A DNA stretch of 32,000 nt, from assembly GCF_000020025.1 (NCBI RefSeq), contig NC_010631.1, positions 60,001 through 92,000 of the forward strand. Reading direction: 5' to 3'. This DNA comes from Nostoc punctiforme PCC 73102. Lineage in GTDB: Bacteria > Cyanobacteriota > Cyanobacteriia > Cyanobacteriales > Nostocaceae. Below the pieces are notes generated by a model. It was not told the origin of the DNA, made no database searches, and worked only from the letters and a program-made list of their open reading frames with translations. Shown one piece after another: positions 10,201 to 18,602 of the stretch (its first letter is position 1; each line of letters starts with the position of its first letter). A program made the translations under genes and the position numbers.

Positions 10201-10677
10201 TGGATTGAGTTGATCCAGCAAGCGCAATGCTAAAAGCGAATGATAGCGCTTAATTAAATAACGCTTTGCAACTTTGCCCCAGATGGGGTTAGCGACATCA
10301 AAGTAGGTAACGCGGTTGGCTGTCTTAGGTGGTGACTCGTATTTAACTGGTTTACAGGAGTGCCAATCAAAGCGCGGGAAGTTCGGCTTAATCCGCCCCC
10401 AATCCATCGGTTGCCAGTTTTTGAATGGGTCAAGTGATTGAATCCACGTCCCACCCAGTAATAGGTGCTGATACATTTTGATGTATCCATCTGTTACCCG
10501 ACCCGCATTCTTGCGTGGGATTTTATCAGATATGAACAGGAAATCATAAACTGATTCTCCCTCTACATGGAAAAAGTTGCGCTTAATCAACGCCGGATGA
10601 ATGGCGCTACCAGCTAACAACTCATGGTATTCCGCTGCCGTGAGGTTGTTTGGGTATTCAATTGTCGCTGAATTCAT
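7204..10677 (-). CDS. Plasmid replication protein, CyRepA-like: N-terminal DUF3854/Toprim-type primase domain + P-loop helicase domain
   Basis: Toprim-like IILCEGEKKAACLL and GVDDFVV, then Walker A VVLWSDMGTGKTE and Walker B CIFIDEACQYL. The 1157-aa size and domain order match the cyanobacterial CyRepA family as I remember it. Confidence 0.8.
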   Translation of the reverse strand: MNSATIEYPNNLTAAEYHELLAGSAIHPALIKRNFFHVEGESVYDFLFISDKIPRKNAGRVTDGYIKMYQHLLLGGTWIQSLDPFKNWQPMDWGRIKPNFPRFDWHSCKPVKYESPPKTANRVTYFDVANPIWGKVAKRYLIKRYHSLLALRLLDQLNPLIFWEWVRQHPEIPIILCEGEKKAACLLSLGFVAIALPGIWNGRVGKQDFDERLHPDLVPMAQAGRKFIILFDYETKLKTRWSVFQATVRTAKAIEAVGCTCEVALLPGPEKGVDDFVVARGEDANALLTAIIDDAKSLADYQRSYRAKKWGLSKYKPDVTVNIKYLTQALCIPDLEEKCSSVPPLYDISQEQLFTPCVSSTSCGQGEGKQELTDSSSFNPKPSTQNPKKSFRFPEKGLVVLWSDMGTGKTELMRWWRDQNPHARFLNNGHRVNLLKNLAERLQTAMYSDLGYTGLAQAQALSITIDSLHKLNTQSLSYGCIFIDEACQYLTHLLHSNTCKQHRAAILEVLEYIVYNAPLVVIADAHMDDLTVDFFRSMRPTDEIPYIIKNEWRNGSRTIYWYEGINSSALVAQISAALMQGLKVMVASDSKRFIKKLDKSFTIKCEQSNSDPSHTPQKWRIWSIHSDNSGSEENVAFIKDITNAVKNFDALFTSPSLGTGVDISQYHFDLVFGVFHAVSQTATECAQQLYRYRPKVPFHIWVAKRPPFGYKDTNASKIKERSLQTNEMTAFLLRIDRKTGSRGAEKDWALEAYCQIMANRHYSLNNLRDDLRSLLTEMGNTFIYVGSDSDPQSLESLKAAAQALDSAHNSAVAKAKNITLSEYRARQSKDYLDPNEIFECEKFRISDSYGIEVTESLVEMDKGGRLIRAIAGLEAILAPPEESFTDPKTGQTYPTPPTIVTQKDRTERDNLPLCIDWGNYSARWLARFNLGLHQILTSLVAGDEVTADDSTLLKMTEIAIHCAAHVKAILGFTIPLDCKPIWLLATLVEQLGLKLTFRKQGKRGQQVKLFSLSKEELEFAMHVIAHRETKRNQKENRTSYAAQTPAAYNVNPNQQAVSTPPPNAIGNSHCQGEDTTEFESPQTDRITLLHCVEILRSGISRGVDAIKGILKRWVEDLRWETVLELEAIAANELRLVESLVPEFYSLLSEEVLPMEFS

Positions 10678-10898
10678 CGGTTCTCCCCTCGGGATTCCTT
10701 AGAGAAAACTCTTTCAAGCTGCGAAACTCTTGCTCTAGCCTGGACATTCCGAAAATTTCCCTTCGTCACAGCACAAAATTGCCGTGCGAAAGCTGCACTC
10801 GACCCCATGCGCTCTAACACTGCGCTCTTGGGGCGTTCTCTATTTGTCATGATATCTTCCCCTGATAACTCGGTTGACAAGTTCAGAGGGGGTTGCAT
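10674..10898 (-). CDS. Small ORF translationally coupled (ATGA overlap) to the replication gene
   Basis: Its stop TGA overlaps the rep ATG (plus-strand tcat at 10674..10677). ATG at 10898, with an alternative ATG at 10850 (MTNRERPKSAVLERM...). No recognisable motif. Confidence 0.5.
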   Translation of the reverse strand: MQPPLNLSTELSGEDIMTNRERPKSAVLERMGSSAAFARQFCAVTKGNFRNVQARARVSQLERVFSKESRGENR

Positions 10899-10945
10899 CA
10901 GTTATCAGTTATCTAATCTTGGACTCTACTCCCAACTGATAACTG
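10899..10945. promoter_or_regulatory. 12-bp inverted repeat (cagttatcagtt / aactgataactg, 23-nt spacer) abutting the start codon of the rep-operon leader ORF
   Basis: Perfect 12/12 complementarity between 10899..10910 and 10934..10945. The core AGTTATC/GATAACT recurs again at 10863..10870. Confidence 0.5.
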
Positions 10946-11701
10946 GTAACTATTATTCGCGCTACTACTGCTTTTAACTACAAAATTCGGGATATTTCTT
11001 AACCAAACTTAACTTTACCTAAAATTTATGAATTTCGACAGCAAAAACACACCGCAGGGAATGGACTTTCCAGGCGGCAGACCCTATAATGGATCTGGTA
11101 GCGCGGTAAAAACTCTCGGACAATTTAGTAGTCGCACCAGTGGCCAAACTTTAGCGACAACTTCTTTTGTTCCTTCGAGATCAAACCCGCTCTAGATCAA
11201 TATGAAATTTGCAATACGTAGAAAGCGCGACTCCTTAGTGGCGCTTTCTGCATTAAACAGTCGTACTGTTGTATCTTCACCTCCATGCCTCCTTTCAATT
11301 AGCTTGATTTTACAGAAGTTCTGGTCGTCTTACTCGGTCGAGGTAAGAGCTTTCATTCAAATGTATTCGCAGAAGATACTTGGTTTAGGTTAAGATACCT
11401 AAACACAAGCTTTTCAAAACAAACCCATTGAATTAATCAGTGATCAAAAATACCCGCAGGCGGTGTTCCTTGGTTGACGTTGGTCAACTTCTTTCACACT
11501 TTTATGCTCAAGCTAGACCGGATAATGTACTAGAGATGCGTTAAATCTCCCTATTAAGATGTAGCATTTAAATCAATATAGCCTAGAAAGGTAATTTGAG
11601 AACCTAGCTTCAGTTAATAATTGTGAATTTTGTAGATATTTTAAGTACTAAGGAGTAAAATTTAACTTCATGTATACCTACTTACGTAAGGAAAAGTCGG
11701 C

Positions 11702-13144
11702 ATGAATTCAAGCCAAGTTTTAGACGTAAAAAGAGTATTAGCTGTATTAGAAGAACAAGTATTTCAATCTACGGGAAGGTATTTAACAGAAGTAGAAAAA
11801 GTTCTTATTAAGGGAGTTTGGGATAGTAAAGATTATAAAGAGATGGCAAGTGATTCGGGGTATAACGCATACTATTTGCAGCAGAAAGTAGCTCCACCAC
11901 TATGGAGTATGCTTTCAGTAATTATTGGTGATGGAGTGAAAGTAACAAAAATATCTTTGAAATCTATTTTGCTTAAGCTAGCAAAGAGCGATTATCGGAA
12001 GGAAGAGGCATCCAGATTGGATAACGATAGTTTCGTTGGCAATATTAGAATTCATGGGGAACTACCTAAAATAAAATCTTTTTATGGACGAAAGGATGAA
12101 ATTAACTATTTTAAGAAACAAATTACTCTATTTAAAGAACGCTGTATAGTTTTTACTGGAGTTGGAGGAATAGGAAAAACTTTATTAGCCTCTAGATTGG
12201 TTGAAGAAATAACTTTTGATTCTTTAAGTAGTATATATGAATGTATAATCTGGAAAACAATTAATCATTCTTTGTCAATTGATGAGTTAGTCATTGATTT
12301 AAATAAAATTTTTCAAGTAGACATAGAAGCAAGTGAAAACTCTTTTATAGATAGCATATCTTTACTATCAAAACAGCTTCACTTACATCGTTGTCTACTA
12401 GTAATTGATGGATTTGAAAAGCTATTGTTAGCCGATGATTTTGGAAAAAGATTACAATATGAAAAATTCCTTTTAAAACTTACAGAAGGGAAGCATGAAA
12501 GCTGCATTATTATAACAAGTCAGTTGCCTTTAAAAGAATTTGCTTCTGTGACTACAAAACTACCTATTCGCTCTTTCAAATTAGAAGGTTTAGATGTAAA
12601 CGCTGGAATGCAAATATTACAAGAAAAAGGTTTAACTGGACAGGAATGTAAGCGATTAATTGAAAATTACTCTGGGAATCCATCAAGTTTAGAAGCGTTG
12701 GCTGATAGAATTAATCGTTTTTTTGAGGGGAGTGTGAAAACATTTTTTAGATATCAAACTACTATGATTGATCCTCAACTTGAAACAATGCTACATCAGC
12801 AATTTGGACAAATTGGACTTTTAAGTAATCTTCAAAGGCAAATAATGATTTATTTGGCAGAAGAAATGTCAGAAAACTCGACTCCTATTCAATTCTCTAA
12901 ACTCATTGATAATTTAAAAGAGCGAGTAGATTTCAAGTTGTCAGTTTTTGAACTAATAACAGCAATAGAAGTTTTAGAACAACGCTCGTTAATTGAAATT
13001 GCTGGTAAATCAAACAAACGAGAAGCTAGTTATAGTTTACAAGTATCTATTAAGAAGTATATTTTAGTTGATCCATTGGGATTAGTGCATAAAATACCAG
13101 ATACAATACAAACAAGGGAAGTTACCTTGTGGGCTACTGCATAA
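11702..13144 (+). CDS. STAND-class P-loop NTPase (NB-ARC/NACHT-like) with the N-terminal HTH-like module common in cyanobacterial STAND proteins; no sensor repeats
   Basis: The N-terminus LTEVEKVLIKGVWDSKDYKEMASDSGYNAYYLQQKVAPPLWSMLSVIIGDGVKVTKISLKSIL matches the module seen at the front of many Nostoc NACHT/NB-ARC/WD40 proteins. Walker A FTGVGGIGKTLL, Walker B CLLVIDGFEKLL, and a winged-helix-like C-terminal part. Confidence 0.8.
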   Translation: MNSSQVLDVKRVLAVLEEQVFQSTGRYLTEVEKVLIKGVWDSKDYKEMASDSGYNAYYLQQKVAPPLWSMLSVIIGDGVKVTKISLKSILLKLAKSDYRKEEASRLDNDSFVGNIRIHGELPKIKSFYGRKDEINYFKKQITLFKERCIVFTGVGGIGKTLLASRLVEEITFDSLSSIYECIIWKTINHSLSIDELVIDLNKIFQVDIEASENSFIDSISLLSKQLHLHRCLLVIDGFEKLLLADDFGKRLQYEKFLLKLTEGKHESCIIITSQLPLKEFASVTTKLPIRSFKLEGLDVNAGMQILQEKGLTGQECKRLIENYSGNPSSLEALADRINRFFEGSVKTFFRYQTTMIDPQLETMLHQQFGQIGLLSNLQRQIMIYLAEEMSENSTPIQFSKLIDNLKERVDFKLSVFELITAIEVLEQRSLIEIAGKSNKREASYSLQVSIKKYILVDPLGLVHKIPDTIQTREVTLWATA

Positions 13145-15087
13145 ATCCTCTTTGTACCCAACGTTATAATCCTGATAGCGCTGAAAATTGTTTAGCATGT
13201 GGAAATCCATTGATAATAAACGGGCGTATTCGTTTGCTACGCCCGTTGCGTTCCTTGGAGCAAAATCCATATACTTACACAGATGTCTTTGAAATTGAGG
13301 ATATTGGCACAGAAGAACATCCTCAGCCTCAAATAAGAGTAATGAAAGTATTAAGATGGATTGATGATTCTAAGTTAGTTGAGCTACTTAAAAGAGAATC
13401 ACTCATATTACAAATCTTAGACCATCCTGGAATTCCCAAGTCTAATAGGGAAGATTATTTCACATTTAGGCTGAATGATAATCTTCTAGAACTACATTGT
13501 CTAGTTATGCATAAGTTTGAAGGAGAGAATTTAACTCAGTGGGTACAATCTTATGGACGAATTAGCCAAGAAATGGCTTATGAATGGTTATTGCAGTTGA
13601 TGGAGATTCTTGATTTAGTTCATCGGTCTGGTTTCTTCCACAGAGATATCAAACCAGAAAACATTGTTCATCAACCCGACGGGAATTTAGCACTTGTTGA
13701 TTTTGGTGGAGCAAGACAGCTTAGTAGAACCTACTTTGCCAAAGTCAGTACCAGTGGAGGAACTACTACAGGATTCGGTAATGGTTACGAAATAACTGCT
13801 GTTAGGACAGCTTGTTACTCTCCCTTAGAGCAAATTCATGGACAAGCCGTACCACAGTCAGACTTTTACGCTTTAGGTAGAACTTTTGTTTACTTAGTCA
13901 CAGGTATTTCTTTAATTGAAATCATAATGGACGAGCAGACAGGAAGACTAATTTGGAGAGATAAAGCACTTCACATAGATAAATTTCTGGCTGATTTACT
14001 TGATGATATGATGGCTCCTTTTGTTGGGCAGCGCCCACAAAGTACTCAAATAATAATACAGCGTTTGGAGCGCTTACCTAATCAATCAAAGTTTAATCGA
14101 GTAATTAAATCAAAGCCGTTTCAACTGAGTGTGTTTGTATTAGGTTTATTAAGTATTGTTGGTTTGATATATGCATCCCTACCTCTAGTAGCAAAATATT
14201 ATTTAGATTCCGGTAAAAAAGCTTATAAAGAAAATCAAATTGACCAAGCTGAGAACGATTTTCAAAAAGCAGTATATTTGAATACTAGCTTAAAATACAC
14301 AGTAGCAGATTATTTTTTAAATCAAGGTAAAGAAGCTTATAAAGAAAATAGGATTGCTGATGCTGAAAAAGACTTTCAAAGAGCAATAAAGTATGGACAT
14401 AATTTAAATAATTCAGTCTCAATTTTTTACTTTGAGAAGGGTTTACAGCATCAAAATAACCCTAAAATTGCTAGAAAAAATTACGAGCTAGCTATAAAGT
14501 ACAACCCGAAAGACGATACTGCGTATAATAATTTAGCAATTGCGTGTCAGCAGTTATATGACTATAATTGTGTTAACAAAACTTACGAAATAATTTTTAA
14601 GTTAAAACCTAATAAATGGGAATCGCATTACGGATTAGGTGATTTTTATGATGAACAGGGAGAATATGATTTAGCAGAAAAGCAATATGAAATTGCTATT
14701 AGAAGTAGCGATCAAGCTATATTTGCTGTTGCGGCTTTAGCAAGATTGAAAAATAAAAAAGGGGATCATACAGCAGCAGCTACTTTAGCTTTAAAAGGTT
14801 TGCAGAAAACTAACAATCGGGAATTACAAGCATCCCTGTATAAAGATTTAGGATGGGCAAGGTTAATGGAAAATAAGTTAACTGAAGCCGAAAGATATCT
14901 AGAAAAAGCAACAAAGTTAGATAGCGAAAGAACAGATGCATATTGTTTGCTATCTCAAATAGAAGAATCATTAGGTCAACTTAATTACGCCAGAGCTTAT
15001 ATAGATGCTTGTATCTTGACTAAATCTAGCCTACCAGAAGTGTTTCGCTGGAGACAAGAACTGCTAGATCGGATACTTGATAAATGA
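13129..15087 (+). CDS. Ser/Thr protein kinase with N-terminal 4-Cys zinc ribbon, one TM helix and a C-terminal TPR region
   Basis: CINPLC...CLACG zinc ribbon. Kinase motifs RVMKVL (Lys), HRDIKPEN, VDFGGAR and YSPLEQ. TM helix FQLSVFVLGLLSIVGLIYASLPLV, followed by ~290 aa of TPR-like repeats. The GTG start at 13129 overlaps the upstream stop by 16 nt. Confidence 0.9.
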   Translation: MGYCINPLCTQRYNPDSAENCLACGNPLIINGRIRLLRPLRSLEQNPYTYTDVFEIEDIGTEEHPQPQIRVMKVLRWIDDSKLVELLKRESLILQILDHPGIPKSNREDYFTFRLNDNLLELHCLVMHKFEGENLTQWVQSYGRISQEMAYEWLLQLMEILDLVHRSGFFHRDIKPENIVHQPDGNLALVDFGGARQLSRTYFAKVSTSGGTTTGFGNGYEITAVRTACYSPLEQIHGQAVPQSDFYALGRTFVYLVTGISLIEIIMDEQTGRLIWRDKALHIDKFLADLLDDMMAPFVGQRPQSTQIIIQRLERLPNQSKFNRVIKSKPFQLSVFVLGLLSIVGLIYASLPLVAKYYLDSGKKAYKENQIDQAENDFQKAVYLNTSLKYTVADYFLNQGKEAYKENRIADAEKDFQRAIKYGHNLNNSVSIFYFEKGLQHQNNPKIARKNYELAIKYNPKDDTAYNNLAIACQQLYDYNCVNKTYEIIFKLKPNKWESHYGLGDFYDEQGEYDLAEKQYEIAIRSSDQAIFAVAALARLKNKKGDHTAAATLALKGLQKTNNRELQASLYKDLGWARLMENKLTEAERYLEKATKLDSERTDAYCLLSQIEESLGQLNYARAYIDACILTKSSLPEVFRWRQELLDRILDK

Positions 15088-15120
15088 TAAGATGCTCAAA
15101 CAAATTATGTTTGTAAAACA

Positions 15121-16125
15121 ATGAAAAAGCTGATGTTTTTTGGGGGAATGTGCTGTTTAACTTCTCTAATACTAATTCATCTACCATTGCTAGCAAATGT
15201 ACCGCTCATAAGAGTAAGAAGAAATCAGGTTCATTGTGATCCACAAATGGGAAGAATAATAAGTAAGGGTCACAAGCACTTGTCAGCAGGGAGCTTAATT
15301 TGTAAGGGAGATACGATAGAAGTTGTGAATGGTGATTATGTAGAATTTTTATGCTTTAGTTCTGGAAACATTTTAAATTTATCTAGTGGAACTATTCCTC
15401 TTGATAAATGTGCAGAACCTGACGAAGCCTTATCCACTTGCAATCCAACCAATACTAATGCGTGTCACATACGAAAAGGTGGCACAGAAGGGAGCGATGA
15501 GCCAACAATCATTTCTCCTTATAGCACATCAACATTGAATTCCCGTCCAGAAATAACTTGGACTGCTGTTAAGGGTGCTACTTCTTACAAAGTCAAAGTA
15601 AAAAGTTACGAGTTTGGATGGGAAAAAGTTGTAAATCAAACTCGGCTTGCCTACCCAAGTGATGAAAAAGAATTTCAGCCGGGTACTCCATATACAATAG
15701 ATGTCTTTGCATATATTGATGGTCAAGCTTTTAGCTATGATGAAACGTTTGTGGACGTATTGTCTGTAGCAAAGCAAGAACAAATTGCACAAAAGATTAA
15801 ACGCATCAAAGACTTAGGGCTACCTCCAGATGAAACTATTCTTGACGTAGATGCTATTTATACGGCAGAAAATCTTTTAAATGAAACAATTGAGATGTTA
15901 AAAATGGCAACAGCAACTAATAGCCAAAATCCGACTCTTTACAGAGTACTGGGCGATCGCTATCTCTTGGCCAAGTTGCCAAAGGAGGCGAAATCCGAAT
16001 ACATCAAGGCATCTGAGTTAGCGAAAAGCAGCAATAATTCCAAAGAGTTCCAAAAAGCCCAATCAGGGCTACAAGTAGTGGAATTTTACAACCAGCTTCC
16101 AACCAGGAGGAACCCACCCCAATAA
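15121..16125 (+). CDS. Secreted Cys-rich protein with a DUF928-like/FN3-like beta domain and a TPR-like C-terminus
   Basis: Hydrophobic N-terminal signal MKKLMFFGGMCCLTSLILIHLPLLA and seven Cys in the next ~100 aa. The segment RKGGTEG...IISPYS..RPEITWTAVKGATSYKVKVKS...FQPGTPYTIDVFAY...AIYTAENLLNE parallels the DUF928 layout as I recall it. The C-terminus is TPR-like (YRVLGDRYLLAKLPKEAKSEYIKASEL). Confidence 0.6.
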   Translation: MKKLMFFGGMCCLTSLILIHLPLLANVPLIRVRRNQVHCDPQMGRIISKGHKHLSAGSLICKGDTIEVVNGDYVEFLCFSSGNILNLSSGTIPLDKCAEPDEALSTCNPTNTNACHIRKGGTEGSDEPTIISPYSTSTLNSRPEITWTAVKGATSYKVKVKSYEFGWEKVVNQTRLAYPSDEKEFQPGTPYTIDVFAYIDGQAFSYDETFVDVLSVAKQEQIAQKIKRIKDLGLPPDETILDVDAIYTAENLLNETIEMLKMATATNSQNPTLYRVLGDRYLLAKLPKEAKSEYIKASELAKSSNNSKEFQKAQSGLQVVEFYNQLPTRRNPPQ

Positions 16126-18590
16126 TAAGCCTTCTTATATTTAGGATTTGACAGTAAACTTAATTGCGCCTGACGTAGTGCTTCTGCTTTTGGCAAGCCA
16201 TTGTTCAAACCTTTATAAAATTCTTGCATAAGCAAAGCGGTAGAATCGGCATCCACGCGCCACAAAGTAGCAACAGTACTACGCGCTCCAGCTTGTGCAG
16301 CCATTCCTGCAATACCCATTGCTGACTGCTTGTTGCCTTTAGCTGTTTCGCAGGCGCTGAGAACAAGTAACTCAATTGCATCTTGACTATTTTCAGTTTT
16401 ACCTCTGATTAAGCTGTCAAAGTCTCTAATATTAATTAGCTTGTCATAGGCAACCAGTACTGTTTTGAGTGGGTCAGAACTAAATTGACCGTGGGTAGTA
16501 ATATGTACAATAGGAAAATTATTTTGAGTTAGTTCTTCTTTAAACCTTTTAAGGGTAAACTTCTTGTCTAACAAGGCAACTGACGATTTAGTTTGTTTTT
16601 CTACATTTTCTATTTCTTGTTTAGATGGGAGCAAATTCTCCATATTTTTAGGTGCATTTGGATCTATAGAACTGGGGCTTAGTTTTGATAGTCCAGCTAT
16701 TAAAGCTATCATCTGGTTTTCATGTAAGACTCTAGGTTGTCTAATTCTGGAACCTAAAGTTTCTGCAATACTGTAACGCTCTATTAAATAATGTTTTCCA
16801 TCATATAACAATGCCATTGGTATGCTTTGGAAAGATTTATCTAAAGTGAATACGAGTGTTCCTGATAGGGGTAGATATGTTTTTATTGGTGCAATTAGCT
16901 TTTCATAAATTACTTGAGAAGAAGTAGTAATGCTACTTTCGCCTACTTCAGAAAAATTTTCATTTTGTAAAGCTTCTAAAAGATGATCTATCTGGAATCG
17001 AACTAGTTTAGATTCAATAGAATGGTGGTGAAGTGAGCCATCTGTTGACTGAGCAATTACTTCTATAGTATCCCCTAAATCAATAATGTGAATTACTGTT
17101 GGGGCGCTCTTGAGGTTCTGAAGCTGATTCAAAGCAACAAGGTCAAGCTTGCCACATCTGAGAAAGTTTTCTAAGCGTGCTATCTGCAATCCTTCATTTA
17201 TCTCTATTACTCTTTTTAAATCAGGATTAGGTGATGTTAAGAGTAATCGCATATAATTACGATATGTCGGCTCCATTTCTGACTGAAAAGAGAACTGCAA
17301 ATCTCCGTTAGTTGACAAAAGACTATCACGCACTTCAGTCATGTTTGCGATCGCAGCATTATAGTTCTGAATCGCTAACTCAGTTTTTCCCTGCTTTTGG
17401 TAAATTAGTCCTAACTGCTGCTGCCATTCGTAAGCAATATCCGAAGCCCGAATTGATTGAGCGAATCCTAAAGCCTTCGTAAAATATGCCTGTTTTTGTT
17501 CTGTTTGAGTTGATACTTTACCCAAAGTACCAAAACTATAGGATAACCATCGGATACTATTAATAGTTTCAGCCATTTTCAATGCTAATTTAGCATATCG
17601 AATCGCTACTGATTTCAATTGTTCATCTGGGATCTGGCTGAGGTTATTAGCAAAATTCAACCGAGCATGAATAGATGGCTCAAGTGATAACTCCAAAAAG
17701 GCAGAAGAATTGCCATCTATTTGATTTACCAATGCTCTAATTTGTTGATTAACTTTCTGATGGATGTTCGCTTGATTTGGTTGATGACTGAGCCATTTTT
17801 CCCAACTGATCAGTAAAGTTAAGTGATTCAACTGAGCTTGCAGTTTAGCTGATTTTGAGATATTTGGGATGTTTTCTAGTGTTTGGTAATACCAGAGTGA
17901 TTTTTGCGCTTTTTGTGGAATAATGTTAGCAATCTGCTCTCGAAAAAGTGGTTCCTCTATCCAAGAATATTTATCTTGTAATTGCTGATAAATTGTCTGT
18001 TCAATATTACCTAGAGACAGATAAATCCCACTAATCTTTGATGAAGATACAAGTTTTGCTAGCGTTAACGTTTCTTGTAGAACTGTTTCAGATTCATTTA
18101 ACTTTCCCAAAATCCGCAAGACTTCTCCGAGATTCTGTAATCCAAGTAAGTTAACCGATGTTGCTTCCTGCTTACCAATTAATGTCGTGAGTTGCTCTTT
18201 TTGAGTAAGAGCAGGTTGCTGCAAAGTCGTGTCGCAAATACCTAGAATTGTATTAAAGTTTAAAGCTTCTAAAAGTGTATTGCAAGCTTGTTTATGTAAT
18301 CCTAATGCTTGAAAAGCAAGGTTTTGATTAATCAGGCTTTCCGTAATTCCCTCTTGGTCGTTTAGTTGGCGATATATTTTGGTAGATTCCTGCCAAGTTT
18401 TTAAAGCTTCATTCGCCTGATCTAGAGCTAATTGTTCGTGACCTGATGAAGTCAGGGATGCCGCTTGATTTTTGAGAAATTCTTTTTCTTTTTTTACAGT
18501 CTGGGCAGGGGAAGAGGATTGAATTAAAATTAAAGACAGCCCTAGAATGCCTGAGAAAAGATATTTAAAGCAACATTGAAGTGAGATCAT
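16086..18590 (-). CDS. Secreted TPR + CHAT domain (caspase-fold) protease
   Basis: Signal peptide MISLQCCFKYLFSGILGLSLILIQSSSPAQ, N-terminal TPR-like helices, and a CHAT His/Cys dyad VHITTHGQF and LVLSACETAKG with the YYWGGFLLVG tail. Starts 12 nt after the upstream gene's stop. Confidence 0.9.
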   Translation of the reverse strand: MISLQCCFKYLFSGILGLSLILIQSSSPAQTVKKEKEFLKNQAASLTSSGHEQLALDQANEALKTWQESTKIYRQLNDQEGITESLINQNLAFQALGLHKQACNTLLEALNFNTILGICDTTLQQPALTQKEQLTTLIGKQEATSVNLLGLQNLGEVLRILGKLNESETVLQETLTLAKLVSSSKISGIYLSLGNIEQTIYQQLQDKYSWIEEPLFREQIANIIPQKAQKSLWYYQTLENIPNISKSAKLQAQLNHLTLLISWEKWLSHQPNQANIHQKVNQQIRALVNQIDGNSSAFLELSLEPSIHARLNFANNLSQIPDEQLKSVAIRYAKLALKMAETINSIRWLSYSFGTLGKVSTQTEQKQAYFTKALGFAQSIRASDIAYEWQQQLGLIYQKQGKTELAIQNYNAAIANMTEVRDSLLSTNGDLQFSFQSEMEPTYRNYMRLLLTSPNPDLKRVIEINEGLQIARLENFLRCGKLDLVALNQLQNLKSAPTVIHIIDLGDTIEVIAQSTDGSLHHHSIESKLVRFQIDHLLEALQNENFSEVGESSITTSSQVIYEKLIAPIKTYLPLSGTLVFTLDKSFQSIPMALLYDGKHYLIERYSIAETLGSRIRQPRVLHENQMIALIAGLSKLSPSSIDPNAPKNMENLLPSKQEIENVEKQTKSSVALLDKKFTLKRFKEELTQNNFPIVHITTHGQFSSDPLKTVLVAYDKLINIRDFDSLIRGKTENSQDAIELLVLSACETAKGNKQSAMGIAGMAAQAGARSTVATLWRVDADSTALLMQEFYKGLNNGLPKAEALRQAQLSLLSNPKYKKAYYWGGFLLVGSWL

Positions 18591-18602
18591 TTTTATATCT
18601 TT

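Noticed and set aside
11202-11393. 63-codon plus-strand ORF in the rep/STAND intergenic gap
   Set aside because: Short, low-complexity and without a ribosome-binding context. It contains the GC-rich hairpin, which is more likely a nucleic-acid-level feature.
14212-14385. Two ~60-nt near-identical segments (ggtaaa(a/g)aagcttataaagaaaat...) 114 nt apart in the kinase gene
   Set aside because: They encode consecutive TPR-like units (GKxAYKENxIxxAExDFQxA) just after the TM helix. This is an ordinary intragenic repeat rather than a separate element.
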